From a phage, in the sequence record PZ229304.1: a stretch of 64,000 nucleotides of DNA; one strand, written 5' to 3'. The notes under the pieces were generated by a model. It ran no database searches, had not been told where the DNA came from, and worked only from the letters and a program-made list of their open reading frames with translations. Position numbers and translations under genes: made by a program. Positions 61,889 through 64,000 of the stretch are shown piece after piece (position 1 is the first letter of the stretch; each line of letters starts with the position of its first letter).

Positions 61889-62104
61889 ATGAAAAGCATT
61901 CAGGTGTGTATTGAAAATAATTGTGGTTATCTTGGGTTGACACATGTTGCTTTCCCTCTTATGTTAGATGCTGATATCGCTTACAGCGGAGTTGCTTATG
62001 TGTCATTCAAGACAATGAGCCAAGTACCTGGCTGGAAGTGGGAAGTAGTTGATGTTGTTGAAGGAGAAGATTATGTTTTCCTTCCACACGAATATACTGT
62101 TTAA
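61889..62104 (+). CDS. Hypothetical protein
   Basis: Start set at MKSIQVCIEN (ATG 61889, GGAG RBS). Confidence 0.4.
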   Translation: MKSIQVCIENNCGYLGLTHVAFPLMLDADIAYSGVAYVSFKTMSQVPGWKWEVVDVVEGEDYVFLPHEYTV

Positions 62105-62119
62105 AGAGAGGAAAAGAAG

Positions 62120-62302
62120 ATGGATAAACAAACTACTGTGTACTTAGTAACAAAGAATACCCTAGACTGGAACCAATGCAGCACTGTCCCTTACAAGATC
62201 TGTGCAACATTAGAACTAGCACAACGCGCAGAAGCAGAAGTGGATGCCATGCAAATGCAACACAGCTATGGTGAGATCATTCCTCTTACTCTTGAACAAT
62301 AA
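62120..62302 (+). CDS. Hypothetical protein
   Basis: 60-aa ORF. Confidence 0.4.
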   Translation: MDKQTTVYLVTKNTLDWNQCSTVPYKICATLELAQRAEAEVDAMQMQHSYGEIIPLTLEQ

Positions 62303-62313
62303 GGATTTGTGTA

Positions 62314-62766
62314 ATGTTTGAAATTGGTAAAGTGTATCGTTTTAAAAACCCATCTTATATCCGTAAGTTTGCTAACATGTCTGAGTGCAATAGCAGGATT
62401 GCTTCTTTTTTAGGTGATTCCTATTTTCGTGTATTAGATGTGGATGATTGGTATGGTGTCACTGCTTTGCAATCCTTAGCAGGAGAACAAGAAATTATCG
62501 CTCAAAATGAAGGAGACTTTCTTCAGTGTTACACGTTGCTTGCAAAAAGTGAGTTTGAGTATTTTGTAGAAGTAGTAGAGGAAGCACCAAAAAGTAAACA
62601 CGAAGAGAAATACCTGCTTGTAGTGGATGGAGTTCCGATCATGGAAACCATCTCCCGTGAGGAAGTTGAAAAAGAGGCGAAACGTTACAAGCTGGATCGT
62701 ACACAGGGTGTAGTTGAAATCTATTCTCTTGTTGGTGTTGCAGATATTAGTGTGAACATCGTATAA
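62314..62766 (+). CDS. Hypothetical protein
   Basis: 150-aa ORF. Confidence 0.45.
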   Translation: MFEIGKVYRFKNPSYIRKFANMSECNSRIASFLGDSYFRVLDVDDWYGVTALQSLAGEQEIIAQNEGDFLQCYTLLAKSEFEYFVEVVEEAPKSKHEEKYLLVVDGVPIMETISREEVEKEAKRYKLDRTQGVVEIYSLVGVADISVNIV

Positions 62767-62769
62767 TAT

Positions 62770-62982
62770 ATGTGTAATGACAGATACATTCTTCGTGTAT
62801 CTGATAAGTCTCCTATGTTTGACTGGCGGGGCTGGTGGCTACTAGCTCCGATGCAAGGTCTGACAGACGTGGAAAAGGAGGCTTATGTGTATACAAAAGA
62901 AGAGATAGAAGATAGTCTTTATTTGACAGATAACATTAAGAATGGTATCTTTGAGTGTAAATTGAAAGGAGAGGAAGAATGA
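62770..62982 (+). CDS. Hypothetical protein
   Basis: 70-aa ORF. Confidence 0.4.
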   Translation: MCNDRYILRVSDKSPMFDWRGWWLLAPMQGLTDVEKEAYVYTKEEIEDSLYLTDNIKNGIFECKLKGEEE

Positions 62983-63278
62983 CTGTTACAGAAAAACTGC
63001 GTTGTATTGCAAAGCAAAGTGGAGAAGGTTTATGGTTTCCTATTGATGAAGTTATTCAGGACTGTTATGACCAGGCTAAGACTGGCAAATACTCCAAAGC
63101 ATTTAAACCATCTGTTTTCGGTTTGGATGACTATCCGACAAATGAACAAGCAAGGAAACGCCAAGTTGATTTGATTGATCTTGCTATGGAAGCACTACGA
63201 GAGCGTGGGCTTAGTAAGGTGTATGCTTTAAACACCAAAGAGGGTTTTGTAGATTCAGTGATCGTAGATTGGCATTAA
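62979..63278 (+). CDS. Hypothetical protein
   Basis: 99-aa ORF, 4-nt overlap with upstream gene. Confidence 0.45.
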   Translation: MTVTEKLRCIAKQSGEGLWFPIDEVIQDCYDQAKTGKYSKAFKPSVFGLDDYPTNEQARKRQVDLIDLAMEALRERGLSKVYALNTKEGFVDSVIVDWH

Positions 63279-63291
63279 GGAGAATAGTAAA

Positions 63292-63642
63292 GTGTGTAAC
63301 ATGAAAAGCAGCCCTTATTTGCTACAATTTTATGAATGGTGGTTAGAACAAGAAGATACAAACTTTAGCAAAAAGCATTATGGTCTTTGCACGTGTCTTG
63401 TAGACTTCTTATACAATATTGCTTGGATAAAAGATGTTGAGAATGTAGCAAACCTCCAGTCTTCTGTACGAGAGGAAATGAAGGAACAATTTAAGAAAGC
63501 AGGTTTGAACCATTTACACCCATTTAATACAGATTTCTCGCACTACTTTACGGAAACAGAGCTAGGCATTGCACACCTTAATAAAGAACGTGTACAATGG
63601 GTGATTGATCGTATTCGTGATATGGAGGAATACAATGGTTAA
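63292..63642 (+). CDS. Hypothetical protein
   Basis: 116-aa ORF; GTG start 9 nt after AAGGAG (alternative ATG at 63301). Confidence 0.4.
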   Translation: MCNMKSSPYLLQFYEWWLEQEDTNFSKKHYGLCTCLVDFLYNIAWIKDVENVANLQSSVREEMKEQFKKAGLNHLHPFNTDFSHYFTETELGIAHLNKERVQWVIDRIRDMEEYNG

Positions 63643-63853
63643 GTTTAAAACTTTCTGTGCAATCACTGTTTGTCTTATTCTTGCATACGTGTTATTCTCT
63701 GGTATCGTTCGTTTAGGTGAATATATGGCAAGAGAAGCTCGTGAAAGTGAAGCTAAAAAAGAACAGTGTATTGTGTTCAAGCATCAAAGAGATGCTGAAA
63801 AGTTTCTCGCACTTGATTGCAATCGTTATGTATCTTATCAAATGTATGAGTAA
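63635..63853 (+). CDS. Membrane-anchored hypothetical protein
   Basis: Start set at MVKFKTF (GGAGG RBS); N-terminal hydrophobic segment. Confidence 0.4.
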   Translation: MVKFKTFCAITVCLILAYVLFSGIVRLGEYMAREARESEAKKEQCIVFKHQRDAEKFLALDCNRYVSYQMYE

Positions 63854-63863
63854 GGAGGATTTA

Positions 63864-64000
63864 TGGTAAAACGTCTGGAATGGGATGCGTGTACTGCTCA
63901 CGCTTGTCACTGTGATATTGTGGAAGATCCTAATGGAGAAATGGTGTATTATGAGGATTACGAAGCATTGCATAATGCTGTGATCGCTTTACTGGATGAT
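63864..64000 (+). CDS. Hypothetical protein, 5' part (continues beyond window end)
   Basis: ATG after AAGGAGGAT; Cys/His-rich start (CTAHACHCD); no stop before window end. Confidence 0.35.

Noticed and set aside
1-64000. tRNA or rRNA genes and integrase/lysogeny functions
   Set aside because: No cloverleaf-compatible 70-90 nt segment with conserved GTTC/TPsiC-like features was recognised in the intergenic regions by eye, and no integrase/repressor-like ORF was seen; a tRNAscan-SE run would be needed to exclude tRNAs definitively.

Overview
The window looks like a densely coded segment of a virulent dsDNA phage, probably of an enterobacterial host (sigma70-type promoters, Fur-box-like sites); no tRNA, rRNA, CRISPR array or integrase was recognised by eye. 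Layout: (1) 1-5710 (+) tail-fibre genes, including a collagen-like Gly-X-Y fibre and a large fibre with Ig-like and SGNH/SASA-esterase-like regions; (2) 5746-44227 (-) a long replication and nucleotide-metabolism block with a beta-class DNA methyltransferase, SSB-like protein, T7-type family-A DNA polymerase and gp4-like primase-helicase, four glycosyltransferase-like genes, anaerobic ribonucleotide reductase NrdD/NrdG and an SF1 helicase interrupted by an intein; (3) 44347-48754 (+) a short block including a NADAR-domain protein; (4) 48755-50280 repeat-rich non-coding DNA; (5) 50287-59586 (+) about 25 small early-type genes, most preceded by a sigma70-like promoter and a conserved GGCGGG...CCCGCC 5' hairpin; (6) 59587-61428 a 1.8 kb AT-rich non-coding region with strong Fur-box matches and a nested palindrome; (7) 61429-64000 (+) further small genes. 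The most unusual content is a phage-borne Ter-like stress module (TerD, vWA/TerY-like, TelA-like, TerC) next to an overlapping macro-domain / phosphoribosyltransferase / HAD operon. All domain calls rest on motif recognition from the translated ORFs, not on database searches.
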